NCBI GenBank assembly: GCA_049968235.1
Contig: JBMFRC010000027.1
Coordinates: 1 to 40,034, forward strand
DNA: 40,034 bases
Direction: 5' to 3'
Origin: Candidatus Hydrogenedens sp.
GTDB taxonomy: Bacteria; Hydrogenedentota; Hydrogenedentia; Hydrogenedentales; Hydrogenedentaceae
A model generated the notes under the pieces. The model was not told where the DNA came from, did not search any database, and was given only the letters and a program-made list of their open reading frames with translations. Both the position numbers and the translations under genes were made by a program. Positions within the stretch are counted from its first letter, which is position 1; each line of letters opens with the position of its first letter. This document shows positions 1 to 9,166 of this stretch, in pieces.

Positions 1-203
1 GCGTGCATGAAGGCATTAGGGAAGGTGGAAATGAAGGAATTGTTGAGGGTGAAGGAGAAGGGACGTCCGGTCCGGATAATAAGTGTGGTTGTAACGGGTC
101 CGGTGGGAATATCTTTGATAATTTATGGCAACGCTTATTAGATTTCATTACAATTGGGCTACTTTTATCTTTGATGAGTGGGATGTATCGTAAAAAGAAA
201 TAA
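1..203 (+). CDS. 3' end of a CDS that begins upstream of the window. It has a Gly-rich C-terminal region, then a hydrophobic helix, then basic RKKK at the terminus.
   Basis: The ORF is open to the window edge. Its tail reads ...GSGGNIFDNLWQRLLDFITIGLLLSLMSGMYRKKK-stop, a TM-like segment plus a basic cluster at the extreme C-terminus. Confidence 0.3.
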   Translation, partial: VHEGIREGGNEGIVEGEGEGTSGPDNKCGCNGSGGNIFDNLWQRLLDFITIGLLLSLMSGMYRKKK

Positions 204-294
204 AATAGTCTTTTGATTATAAGTTGTTGTTGGGAAAATCACAGAAAATATGTGTTCCAGCCAAGATTAATATCCCTAGGAAAGGAGTGGATTT

Positions 295-2397
295 ATGTTT
301 ACAAGTATTGTATTAGCACAAATAACAAGTTTCATCCTTTTACATGGTATAGAATTTCCTGAGGGATTTCGTCCTCCTGCCGTTCCTCTGGTGGTGCATG
401 ACCCTTATACGAGTATCTGGTCATTTTCGAACACTTTGACCGAGCAATGGTGTTCTCACTGGACGGGACGACAAAGAACCATGTCCGGCTTATTGTATCT
501 GGACAGGAAAGTATTTCGATTTATGGGTCCATCCGAATTAGGCGGAGAAGCCATGAAACAGGTAGTATGTAGAATTTATCCGACACGCACGGTTTACGAG
601 TTTGAAGGGGGTGGGGTAAAGTTATATTTGAAATTTACGACCCCAATGTTAACAGAGGATTTTCGCTGGTTGAGTACCCCATGCACTTATGTGGAGTTTG
701 AACTTGTATCTACAGATGGAGGGGAACATAATGCTATTGTATATTTTGATATAGGGACGGATTGGTGTGTGAATGTAGAGAAACAGATTGTAAAATGGGA
801 ACGGTTAAACAGCCCTGCGGGGTTAATATTGTTGAAAGCAGGAACAGTGGACCAGCCTATTCTTGAAAAATCGGGGGATAATATAAGAATTGATTGGGGG
901 TATGTATATTTAGTATGTTCGACGAGTTCCGCAAATCCAACAGGTCAAACAGTCCTTGCAGAGCGTAAAACCACTGTGGATACTTTTGTTCAAGGGGGGC
1001 TTCTTCCTGATAAAGATGATACAGGTTTTCCGCGTGCTGTGGAAGATAAACCCGTAGCCCTTGCGGTAACTATTCCTTTTCATGTGTCCTCTCAGGGTGG
1101 TGAAAGTAAATATGTAATTGTTGCGTATGATGATATTTATTCTATTGAGTTTATGCATGAAAAATTGCGTCCATGGTATTGGAAGGAATATGGAGATAAT
1201 TTTGTATCACTTCTGGATACGGTCTATCAAGAATATCCGGGGCTAAAACAGAAATGTGAAGAGTGGGATACCTTTTTATTAAATGAAGCGATGCAAAAGT
1301 TTGGTTTAGAATATTCTGCATTGGTAGGTTTGACTTATCGCCATGTATTGGGTAGTGGGAAAATCGTAGTAGGCAAAGATAATACACCCTGGTTTTTCCA
1401 TAAAGAGTGTTTTTCCAATGGGTGTATTGCGACAGTAGATGTAACATATCCTGCTTCACCTTTTTTTGCATTGTTCGCACCATCTTTATTACGCGGGATG
1501 TTAGAACCTGTGTATCTCTATGCAAAAATGCCTGAATGGATTTTTGAGTTTTCTCCGCATGATGTTGGCACATATCCGAAGGCGAATGGACAGGTTTATG
1601 GTAAAGATAAAAATGGGTTTAAATTGGAAAGTCAGATGCCTGTGGAAGAATGTGGAAACATGATTTTAGCAACTACTCTGTATGCAGAGGTTACAGGGAA
1701 GATAGACTATCCTCGTGAACACTGGGAGTTGATTGAACAATGGGCAAATTATTTAAAACAGCATGGTAGCGACCCGGAGAATCAATTATGCACGGATGAT
1801 TTTGCCGGGCATTTGGCGCATAATACAAATTTGTCCTTAAAAGCGATAGTTGCTCTGGGAGCATTTTCAAAAATGTGTCAACAAAGACATCTTGCAAGTG
1901 CAGGTGAATGGGAAAATCTGGCGCGTGATATGGCGAAAGATTGGATTGAGCGTGCGAAGGATGAGGACCATTTCCGTCTTACTTTTGATAAGCTCGGCTC
2001 ATGGAGTATGAAATATAATCTTGTATGGGATAGGATTTTGGACTTGAATCTGTTCCCACCGGAAGTTGCCCGAATGGAAATGGAGTATTACAAATCTCGC
2101 CAGAATCAATATGGCTTACCTCTGGATATTCGGAAGGATTATACCAAAACGGATTGGCTTATCTGGTGTGCGACTTTGACAAATAATAAAGGAGATTTTA
2201 ACACACTGTTTCAACCTTTTTATCGGTTTATGAACGAAACATCAGACCGTATTCCACTTACAGATTGGTATGACACAAAAACGGGGAAATGTGTTGGTTT
2301 TCGGGCTCGTCCGGTTATCGGGGGTGTTTATATTCCATTTTTATATTACAGAGATTTATGGTTCAGTATTGCCTCTAAAGAAGATAAAAGATTGTGA
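295..2397 (+). CDS. Glutaminase A-like protein (DUF4964/DUF5127/DUF4965/DUF1793 architecture); putative glycoside hydrolase
   Basis: A 700-aa ORF with an AAGGAG RBS before the ATG. The N-terminal motif RPPAVPLVVHDPYTSIWS matches the conserved start of glutaminase-A family proteins (fungal GtaA: RPPSIPLAVKSPYLSTW-like). Length and domain spacing are typical of this family. Confidence 0.55.
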   Translation: MFTSIVLAQITSFILLHGIEFPEGFRPPAVPLVVHDPYTSIWSFSNTLTEQWCSHWTGRQRTMSGLLYLDRKVFRFMGPSELGGEAMKQVVCRIYPTRTVYEFEGGGVKLYLKFTTPMLTEDFRWLSTPCTYVEFELVSTDGGEHNAIVYFDIGTDWCVNVEKQIVKWERLNSPAGLILLKAGTVDQPILEKSGDNIRIDWGYVYLVCSTSSANPTGQTVLAERKTTVDTFVQGGLLPDKDDTGFPRAVEDKPVALAVTIPFHVSSQGGESKYVIVAYDDIYSIEFMHEKLRPWYWKEYGDNFVSLLDTVYQEYPGLKQKCEEWDTFLLNEAMQKFGLEYSALVGLTYRHVLGSGKIVVGKDNTPWFFHKECFSNGCIATVDVTYPASPFFALFAPSLLRGMLEPVYLYAKMPEWIFEFSPHDVGTYPKANGQVYGKDKNGFKLESQMPVEECGNMILATTLYAEVTGKIDYPREHWELIEQWANYLKQHGSDPENQLCTDDFAGHLAHNTNLSLKAIVALGAFSKMCQQRHLASAGEWENLARDMAKDWIERAKDEDHFRLTFDKLGSWSMKYNLVWDRILDLNLFPPEVARMEMEYYKSRQNQYGLPLDIRKDYTKTDWLIWCATLTNNKGDFNTLFQPFYRFMNETSDRIPLTDWYDTKTGKCVGFRARPVIGGVYIPFLYYRDLWFSIASKEDKRL

Positions 2398-2423
2398 AAA
2401 AGGACAAATAAAAAATAAAATCT

Positions 2424-2795
2424 ATGCGAAAGTTTATGTATTGGACACCACGAATATTATCCATTCTTTTTATTCTGTTTCTGATGTTATTTTCGCTGGA
2501 TGTTTTTTCGGAGGAATTAGGTTTTTGGCAGACGCTGATAGGCTTGATAATGCATAATATGCCAGCATTTGTCCTTATAGTTGTTCTGATATTTGCATGG
2601 AAGTATGAGATGGTAGGAGGTGTGGCATTTATCCTTGCGGGTCTTCTGTATATATCCGTAATTTTACGAAACTCACTAATGGAAGGATTTCAATGGTATT
2701 ACATCTCCTGGATAGTAATTATATCGGGACCCGCATTTATGGTAGGTATTCTTTTCCTTTTTTCCTGGTTATATAAGAAGGTGGAAAAAACATAA
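2424..2795 (+). CDS. Small integral membrane protein (about 4 TM helices), hypothetical
   Basis: A 123-aa ORF made almost entirely of hydrophobic helices (ILSILFILFLMLF, AFVLIVVLIFAW, GVAFILAGLLYISVIL, YISWIVIISGPAFMVGILFLF). It lies 27 bp downstream of the preceding gene. Confidence 0.4.
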   Translation: MRKFMYWTPRILSILFILFLMLFSLDVFSEELGFWQTLIGLIMHNMPAFVLIVVLIFAWKYEMVGGVAFILAGLLYISVILRNSLMEGFQWYYISWIVIISGPAFMVGILFLFSWLYKKVEKT

Positions 2796-3043
2796 GTTTT
2801 TATTGTTTTTCAATTACTTCTTCAAATTTATCTTTAATCTATTCATATTTTTCAATAATATTTTGGTTTCTTTTAATTTATAGCAATGTTTTTTATGAAT
2901 ATAAAAACTTTTGTTTTAGTTTAACTAAAAAAGAGTATAGTACTTTCATGTAAAATATGTTATTAGCATTCAGATGTTTGATATAGTATTGAAGTAAGAT
3001 TTTATTGAATGTAATTTTTGTTTTAACAGAGGAAAGGGATACT

Positions 3044-4489
3044 ATGATAAAGAAAAATATATTTATGATTTTTATATTTGTGCTGGTTACGGCTTCGTTT
3101 TTATGTGGTATTTCTTATGGTGTCGAAGCGGGCATTGCTAAAGATAGGATGTTAATTGTTAACGGGCAAAGAACCTTTATTTTAGGATTGTATAGCCCAA
3201 AAATGGATAACCCTGACGAACTGCAAACATTAGCAGATGCCGGTTTTAATCTGATTTCAATCAGTCCCAACGAGGAACAACTTAATATTGCTAAAGAACA
3301 TAATTTGATGGTATGGTCAAATATCCATTCTGCAATTGCTTCTCCGGATGCAGAAACGCGAAAACAGGAACTTCTGAAAATGATAGACCTTTGTGCAAAG
3401 CATCCTTCTTTTTTGGTCTGGGAGATGCCCGATGAAGCGTTATGGAACATATTCTTTCGCAATAATGAGGCGAAACGGTATAAAGAACCGCAGGCAATAC
3501 AGGAGAAATTAAAACAAATTACAGATGAGAAATTGAAAGTAGAATTAAGCAGTAAGTTACAGAAAGCGGGGGAATATTACAATAGAGGTTTATGGGTAGA
3601 GGGGGAAGAAATTGTAAATCAAATCTGGCAGAAAATAGGTGAAACTTCACCGTTTGCAAATTATTCAATGGCAAATATAGAGAAATTTAAGGCGGAGGAA
3701 TTGGAGAGACTTCATCAAGCCTATCAGATTATCAAAGAAGTGGACCCGAAGCACCCGGTATGGGCAAATCATGCACCTCGTAACTCGATGGAGAGTTTAC
3801 GCGAATTTAGTAAGTGTGCGGATATTGTGGGATGTGATATTTATCCTGTGCCCATGCATCCCAAACTACGGCATTCAGACCTGATGGACCAAACGATGGC
3901 ATCTGTTGGTGCATACACGCGTCGTATGCAGAATATAGATCCACAAAAACCCGTGTGGATGGTTATTCAGGGTTTTGATTGGGGAATGTTGCAGGGCGAT
4001 GTGTATGAGCGTAGCGGTAGTGAACAAAAAGGATTCCGGTCTCCGACACTTAATGAAATTCGTTTTATGGGTTTTGATTGTATAGTCAATGGGGCAAGAG
4101 GTATTTTATTCTGGGGGACGTATTATGTTCCGCGGGATATGCAGTTGTGGTCTGATTTAGTAACCTTTGCAAAGGAAATCAAATCTCTTCAGTCTGTACT
4201 CTCTGCAGAAGATATTTTACAACCAGTAAATATAACGCAGGATGAAATATTTGGTTCAGGTGACCGGGGAGTACTTGCTCTGGTGAAAGTTTATCAACAG
4301 AAGCCATGGATTTTACTTGTTAATGAATGGCATGAATGTGGGATTCGTTATCATATAAATTCTCCCTGTCTATTCTCCGGTCAAAAATACCGTGAATATT
4401 ATACTCAAACGGAAGTGGTGGTGGAAGGCAGTACTCTTACTTATGGTATTGAACCTCACGGTGTACAAATCTGGCAACCTGTAGAATAG
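3044..4489 (+). CDS. Secreted TIM-barrel glycoside-hydrolase-like protein (clan GH-A-like, family unresolved)
   Basis: The likely true start is the internal ATG at 3044, preceded by GAGGAAAGGGA; the track ORF starts at 3005. It has a signal peptide, MIKKNIFMIFIFVLVTASFLCG. The protein has alternating beta/alpha character, with a WEMPDEALWN segment reminiscent of the acid/base region of GH-A enzymes. The family assignment is uncertain. Confidence 0.35.
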   Translation: MIKKNIFMIFIFVLVTASFLCGISYGVEAGIAKDRMLIVNGQRTFILGLYSPKMDNPDELQTLADAGFNLISISPNEEQLNIAKEHNLMVWSNIHSAIASPDAETRKQELLKMIDLCAKHPSFLVWEMPDEALWNIFFRNNEAKRYKEPQAIQEKLKQITDEKLKVELSSKLQKAGEYYNRGLWVEGEEIVNQIWQKIGETSPFANYSMANIEKFKAEELERLHQAYQIIKEVDPKHPVWANHAPRNSMESLREFSKCADIVGCDIYPVPMHPKLRHSDLMDQTMASVGAYTRRMQNIDPQKPVWMVIQGFDWGMLQGDVYERSGSEQKGFRSPTLNEIRFMGFDCIVNGARGILFWGTYYVPRDMQLWSDLVTFAKEIKSLQSVLSAEDILQPVNITQDEIFGSGDRGVLALVKVYQQKPWILLVNEWHECGIRYHINSPCLFSGQKYREYYTQTEVVVEGSTLTYGIEPHGVQIWQPVE

Positions 4490-4546
4490 GATGCATCAAA
4501 CGCGTCGGATAAATTTGCAGGTCCGACAAGTTCAGCAGGAAAAAGG

Positions 4547-5110
4547 TTATTTCTGTGTGATTTTTCCATCAGGGGTTTGATATTTATGTCCTTGCTGGAT
4601 GTATTGGATTCGTGCACGGTAAAAAGCGTCCTGAATAGCAGATAAGGATTTGGGTGGGTAATTGTTGGCTTTGATAATGCCTTCGTAAAGAGCCCAGCGG
4701 TCACTATTTTCCCCTATTACGACCAGTGCATTTTTATCGCGTTGTTGACGGTTTGTGCTTCTCTTATATACATTATTTCTCTGGATAGCAATTAGACCAC
4801 CATTTTGTTCGTAAACGAAGCCTTTATCAAGAAGGTCTTTTATTAATTCGTGACGGACTGCACGAGTACGAATTGCCTGTTTTATTTGAGGTGTATCCAG
4901 GTTTATCCCAAGATTTGACAAATCTGGTTCGCGTTCACCTGCCCAGATTTTTTCTTCGATGTATTGTGCGGTTTTTAACAGTTCCTCTTGAGGAAGTGCG
5001 GAGTAGTCCGGTGCAATACGGATAAATGAATGTAGTGTTCCACAAGAAGTTAATATTAGAGTGAACAGGCACGGGACAATAGTTATGATAGCAGATTTTC
5101 TTAAAAGCAT
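4547..5110 (-). CDS. DUF1318 (YdbL-like) lipoprotein
   Basis: Signal peptide with a lipobox, LILTSC. The C-terminal half (GFVYEQNGGLIAIQRNN...DKNALVVIGENSDRWALYEGIIKANN...AIQDAFYRARIQY) resembles the YdbL/DUF1318 periplasmic family. Confidence 0.45.
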   Translation of the reverse strand: MLLRKSAIITIVPCLFTLILTSCGTLHSFIRIAPDYSALPQEELLKTAQYIEEKIWAGEREPDLSNLGINLDTPQIKQAIRTRAVRHELIKDLLDKGFVYEQNGGLIAIQRNNVYKRSTNRQQRDKNALVVIGENSDRWALYEGIIKANNYPPKSLSAIQDAFYRARIQYIQQGHKYQTPDGKITQK

Positions 5111-5127
5111 TTTTCTTCTTCCTTCTT

Positions 5128-6759
5128 TTAGGACAGATTGAGTTTTTTTGATGTAATAACCATATTTTTACCTTTTCGTTTTGCCTGATAAAGAGATTGG
5201 TCTGCAATACGAAGTAAATCTTCCACGGTTAGTGTTTCCTTCTGCACAACTTCTGCAACGCCACCGCTTACTGTAATGTTAACACTTTTTCCCATATATT
5301 CAAAAGGTCGGTCTTCGATGACTTTCCGTATTCGTTCTGCCTGGATATATGCCCCATCAATAGAAGTTTGTGGCATGATGATTATAAATTCTTCACCACC
5401 ATACCTTGCCGCAATATCCGTGCGTCGGATTGTTTGTAACATTCGGGTTGCAATTTCTTTCAACACTGCATCACCGAATAAATGTCCATAGGTATCATTA
5501 CACTTTTTAAAGTCATCTATATCAAACAGGGCACAGGATAATGGGACATTATACCTTAAACTTCGGAGTAATTCTTCTTCCAATCGTTCACGAAAATAGC
5601 GGTGATTGTAGATTCCTGTCAAACCATCAGTAATTGCAAGTTTTTGTAGAGTTTTATTTGCCTGCTGGACGGAGTCAAATAATTGGGCACGCTCTAATGC
5701 ACTCCCTGCTGCATTGGTTACAATTTCAAAGAAATTTATCTCGCGTAGTGTAAACCCTGCCTCTTTACGAACAGCACGAAGTAGCAGTGAACCTACCTCC
5801 GGGTCGTTTAATACGATAGGTATTACCAATATAGAATTAATTCCTTTTTGAATGAGCGAATCCAGACAGGGTTTCATCAAGGGGTCATTCTGAACATTAT
5901 TAATCACTACTTTATCACCGATAGATAGAGCCTTTTTGATTTCCGGGTACTTGCTCAAAGGCACTGCCATATCATAAAGATTTGCATCGTCGTGGGAAGC
6001 CAGCACATGCACTATATCTTCCTGCCCCCAGATACGCACTATGGAACAACGGTCAGATTGGACTACTTTTGATATTTGTTCCACGAACACATACAGAACA
6101 TCATGAGCACGTTTTTTGGCAGAAATTACCTTTAATATTTCCAGCACAGTTGCCAGTTCACTCTTATCCATTTCTATCAGGGACTCATGTCCAGAGAGCA
6201 ATTCTGTTTGTACATGCATAATACGTGTAGTTATTTCGGTTATTTTATCGAAATCTTCTCTGTAAGAACTAAATTGTTGAAGAAGGGATGGAGCAAATAG
6301 ATGAAGTAAATGTTGAATATAAACGCGGTGATAGGACCAGCCCCCATCAAAATTGCCGTTACCGTTAGTTTCCATTCTTTTTATGACAGTTCCAATAAAG
6401 GAAATTGCAAGGGACGATGAAACGATGATAAAAAGTCGGTCTGCCCTCTGAAAGTATGGTGGAGGATTATGTATTTCTATAGGAATGTTCCAATGTGAAG
6501 GGGATAAGCCCAGAACTATCATTTTGCTAATATTCGGTAGAAAATTATCAATTTCTCGTAACTGCTGTATCGTTTCCGCATCACTGATAACAACAAGATT
6601 ATTTCCTCCAAAGCGACCAATCTGGTTTAGTGCTTCATCGCAAAGAGTATAAAAAAGGGTTGCATTTTTAATAGGAATAAGGGCATGATGAGGGGGTAAT
6701 GATTGAAATTTAGAAGAATAAATTCTCTCTTTCAGGGTCGTATTTTCTATATCATTCAT
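5128..6759 (-). CDS. GAF domain-containing diguanylate cyclase (GGDEF)
   Basis: The C-terminus carries the GGDEF-domain hallmarks: DGLTGIYNHRYF, an active-site GGEEF motif (RYGGEEFIIIMPQ), and the RXXD I-site region. A GAF-like segment lies upstream (VLYVFVEQ...CSIVRIWGQED...). An N-terminal sensory region and a hydrophobic segment are present. Confidence 0.8.
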   Translation of the reverse strand: MNDIENTTLKERIYSSKFQSLPPHHALIPIKNATLFYTLCDEALNQIGRFGGNNLVVISDAETIQQLREIDNFLPNISKMIVLGLSPSHWNIPIEIHNPPPYFQRADRLFIIVSSSLAISFIGTVIKRMETNGNGNFDGGWSYHRVYIQHLLHLFAPSLLQQFSSYREDFDKITEITTRIMHVQTELLSGHESLIEMDKSELATVLEILKVISAKKRAHDVLYVFVEQISKVVQSDRCSIVRIWGQEDIVHVLASHDDANLYDMAVPLSKYPEIKKALSIGDKVVINNVQNDPLMKPCLDSLIQKGINSILVIPIVLNDPEVGSLLLRAVRKEAGFTLREINFFEIVTNAAGSALERAQLFDSVQQANKTLQKLAITDGLTGIYNHRYFRERLEEELLRSLRYNVPLSCALFDIDDFKKCNDTYGHLFGDAVLKEIATRMLQTIRRTDIAARYGGEEFIIIMPQTSIDGAYIQAERIRKVIEDRPFEYMGKSVNITVSGGVAEVVQKETLTVEDLLRIADQSLYQAKRKGKNMVITSKKLNLS

Positions 6760-6803
6760 TTTCCTTAATATCCTATTACTACTATCATGTAATCGTTATA
6801 GTT

Positions 6804-8138
6804 CTATTTTTTGACCTCTGTGTTTGTATTTGTATTTGTGGAATTATCTGCAGGAACATTATCTACCTGTGCCAGGGGGTAAACATCTTCAAATTTTATT
6901 TCTTCTTTGATAATAACAGGGGTTGAGCGAACAATCAAATCGTATATTTCTTCTACCTCTTCCGGATAGAATCGAATGCACCCGTTTGAGGAGTAGGTTC
7001 CTATGGTTTCGGGTGCAATGGTTCCATGAAGTCCTAAATCTGTGGGAAGCCCCGGTTCAGATGGTACTAAAGGCATCCATCGTGTTCCTAATTCATTTCT
7101 CGGGTCTCCCGCGGGAATAGAACCTTCTCCGGGTTTGAACCATGTGGGATTTTTTTGTTTATTTCCAATTTTGTAAGAGCCTAAGGTTGTTTCATGTCCG
7201 GGTTTGCCAAGCCCAACTTTATATCGCTTGAATATTCCCTGTTCATCTACTAAAAAAGCCCGACATTTGGACCGCTCCACAAGGAGACGGAAATCTTTCG
7301 GTGTATATTTTAATGTTTGGTTTAGACGGAGTTTTATGTTTTCATCTAATTGATTGGCACGACAAAGCATACCCACCGGTGTGTTTAATTTTACCCCAAT
7401 ACTGATTAGAGAATCCCCCTGTTGAACGGTATAAACTTTACTTTCGGGGGTGGGAGTATTGGAAAAGATAAGTTCAACATTTAATTTCCCTAATAAGTCT
7501 AATGATTCATTCCAGAGGTCCGAATCCCATTCTGCATCCATTACAGCCTTCTGGGTGAGGTCGCGTGCTTTAATCTTTTCATTTGCTTGCTCTTCTATTC
7601 GGGCTAAACCGAAATATCCATAAGCACGATTTCCTCGAGAAGCACGGTCAATAATGTCTTGATAACTGGCACGGGCAATATCCCTTTTCCCTATTGCTTC
7701 TGCAACTTGAGCATAACGATATTTGAGATAAGGAAACCTGATACTATTTTCGCATTTCTGTAAGGCTTCTTCTGCTATCGTAAAAGCATCATTGGCTTTC
7801 TCTTTTTTTAGTTCCAGTTCTATCCATAGCAGATATGCTTCTGCTAAGTTGTCCACCTGTTTCTCTTTTTTTACATAATTTTTTAACTCAGAAATTAAAT
7901 CATCATAATGCCCATCATCAAACATTTTTTTGAAGCGTTCTAAATTATTTTCTATTGTTTCTGTAGATGAAGTTGGAAGAAGTTTTTCTACTATTTTTTC
8001 TCTGGAAATGAGATTGGAAGAAGTGTAGAAAAATCGGTAGATAATATATCCTGCTATAAGGAATAACATAACTCCGATAAAAATACGGAGTAAAGTTCTA
8101 TCTGCGTTCTTTTTTGATGAAAAATATTGTTTTGGCAT
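6804..8138 (-). CDS. L,D-transpeptidase (YkuD) with LysM domain and an N-terminal TM plus TPR-like region
   Basis: LysM motif YTVQQGDSLISIGVKLNTPVGMLCRANQL. The YkuD catalytic signature is HGTIAPETIGTYSSNGCIRF (His...Ser-x-Gly-Cys-x-Arg). There is an N-terminal TM helix and helical repeats. Confidence 0.8.
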   Translation of the reverse strand: MPKQYFSSKKNADRTLLRIFIGVMLFLIAGYIIYRFFYTSSNLISREKIVEKLLPTSSTETIENNLERFKKMFDDGHYDDLISELKNYVKKEKQVDNLAEAYLLWIELELKKEKANDAFTIAEEALQKCENSIRFPYLKYRYAQVAEAIGKRDIARASYQDIIDRASRGNRAYGYFGLARIEEQANEKIKARDLTQKAVMDAEWDSDLWNESLDLLGKLNVELIFSNTPTPESKVYTVQQGDSLISIGVKLNTPVGMLCRANQLDENIKLRLNQTLKYTPKDFRLLVERSKCRAFLVDEQGIFKRYKVGLGKPGHETTLGSYKIGNKQKNPTWFKPGEGSIPAGDPRNELGTRWMPLVPSEPGLPTDLGLHGTIAPETIGTYSSNGCIRFYPEEVEEIYDLIVRSTPVIIKEEIKFEDVYPLAQVDNVPADNSTNTNTNTEVKK

Positions 8139-8144
8139 AAGTAC

Positions 8145-9092
8145 CTAAATTCTCGATTCGGTTGCTCGTTTTAAATCTAATAATAATTCTGTTATGGATT
8201 GGTAACGATGTTCTATTTTACGGCGAAGTGATTTTAAGATAATACGGTCCATGGCAGGAGTAAGTTGCGGATTATGAGTTGAAGGTGGAACGAATTTATA
8301 ATTGGGGTCTATCAATTGACGGGTTATAATTTTTGTATCGTTCCCTTCACAGGGATGTTTACCGGAGAAGAGTTCATACATCGTTAAACCGAAGGAGAAA
8401 ATATCGGAGCGGGGGTCTAAATTTTTCTTTAATATTTGTTCGGGGGACATGTAAAGTCGTGTTCCCCCGGTTTCTTTCATGAGCCAACTTTTCCATGTTG
8501 CATTTGTTTTGGATAGCCCGAAATCCACAATTTTGACCTGTTTGCCGTCTTTGGAGAACAGGAAGTTGGCAGGCTTAACATCTCGATGTACTATCCCATG
8601 CTGATGAAGATAATCCAATCCATGGCATAATTTAATACATATATCTATCATCTGACGGATACTTAAGTCACGGTCTGTGATATGTTTTTTTAAGTTGTAG
8701 CCATCAATAAACTCCATCACGATGCAACGGCGTGTTCTGCCCTGGACATCAAGTGCTTCATGTATGGTTTTATCCATACGAATTATATTGGGGTGATTTA
8801 ATGAAGCGGCTATCATTACTTCTCTGCCTAAGAAATCTTGCTTTCGCCGTTTGGGGTCTTCATCGAAACGCGGGTCAAGCACCTTAATTGCCACCGTTAA
8901 ATCTTTACTTCGGTCTATGGCTTTATACACAGTTCCCATACCACCACTTCCGATAGGTGCAATAATTTCATATGGCCCTACCTGACGAATTTCGAGTTCC
9001 GACCGATTAGGGTCGTAAAACTCCGAAGCAACTGACTGTGATGATATATCTGTTTTCTTTTTCTTAAAAATCCAGAACATTACCCCTCTCAA
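8145..9092 (-). CDS. Serine/threonine protein kinase (Hanks-type)
   Basis: Gly-loop IGSGGMGTVYKA, a VAIK lysine, the catalytic loop HRDVKPANFLF, and DFGLS and SPE motifs. It lies 6 bp upstream of the L,D-transpeptidase gene. Confidence 0.85.
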   Translation of the reverse strand: MRGVMFWIFKKKKTDISSQSVASEFYDPNRSELEIRQVGPYEIIAPIGSGGMGTVYKAIDRSKDLTVAIKVLDPRFDEDPKRRKQDFLGREVMIAASLNHPNIIRMDKTIHEALDVQGRTRRCIVMEFIDGYNLKKHITDRDLSIRQMIDICIKLCHGLDYLHQHGIVHRDVKPANFLFSKDGKQVKIVDFGLSKTNATWKSWLMKETGGTRLYMSPEQILKKNLDPRSDIFSFGLTMYELFSGKHPCEGNDTKIITRQLIDPNYKFVPPSTHNPQLTPAMDRIILKSLRRKIEHRYQSITELLLDLKRATESRI

Positions 9093-9166
9093 CTCTTAAT
9101 ATATTTATATATTTGATATTTTCATATTAATCATATCACAATTCCCTGAATAAAGTTAAGTCAATT

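Noticed and set aside
910-1573. Antisense ORFs (82 and 140 aa) inside the glutaminase-A-like gene
   Set aside because: They lie entirely within a longer, motif-supported ORF on the opposite strand. They are AT-codon-biased with no RBS or recognisable domain, so they are spurious.
2270-2557. 95-aa ORF bridging the end of the 700-aa gene and the start of the small membrane-protein gene
   Set aside because: It overlaps two better-supported ORFs in another frame and has no motif. It is most likely a frame artefact.
3005-3043. Upstream extension (MNVIFVLTEERDT) of the hydrolase-like ORF
   Set aside because: The internal ATG at 3044 has a strong RBS (GAGGAAAGGGA) and begins a typical signal peptide. 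The extension has neither.
4490-4546. Weak hairpin (gtcggat...tccgac) between convergent genes
   Set aside because: It has only a 6-bp stem with a long loop and no T-run on either strand. It does not meet an intrinsic-terminator standard.
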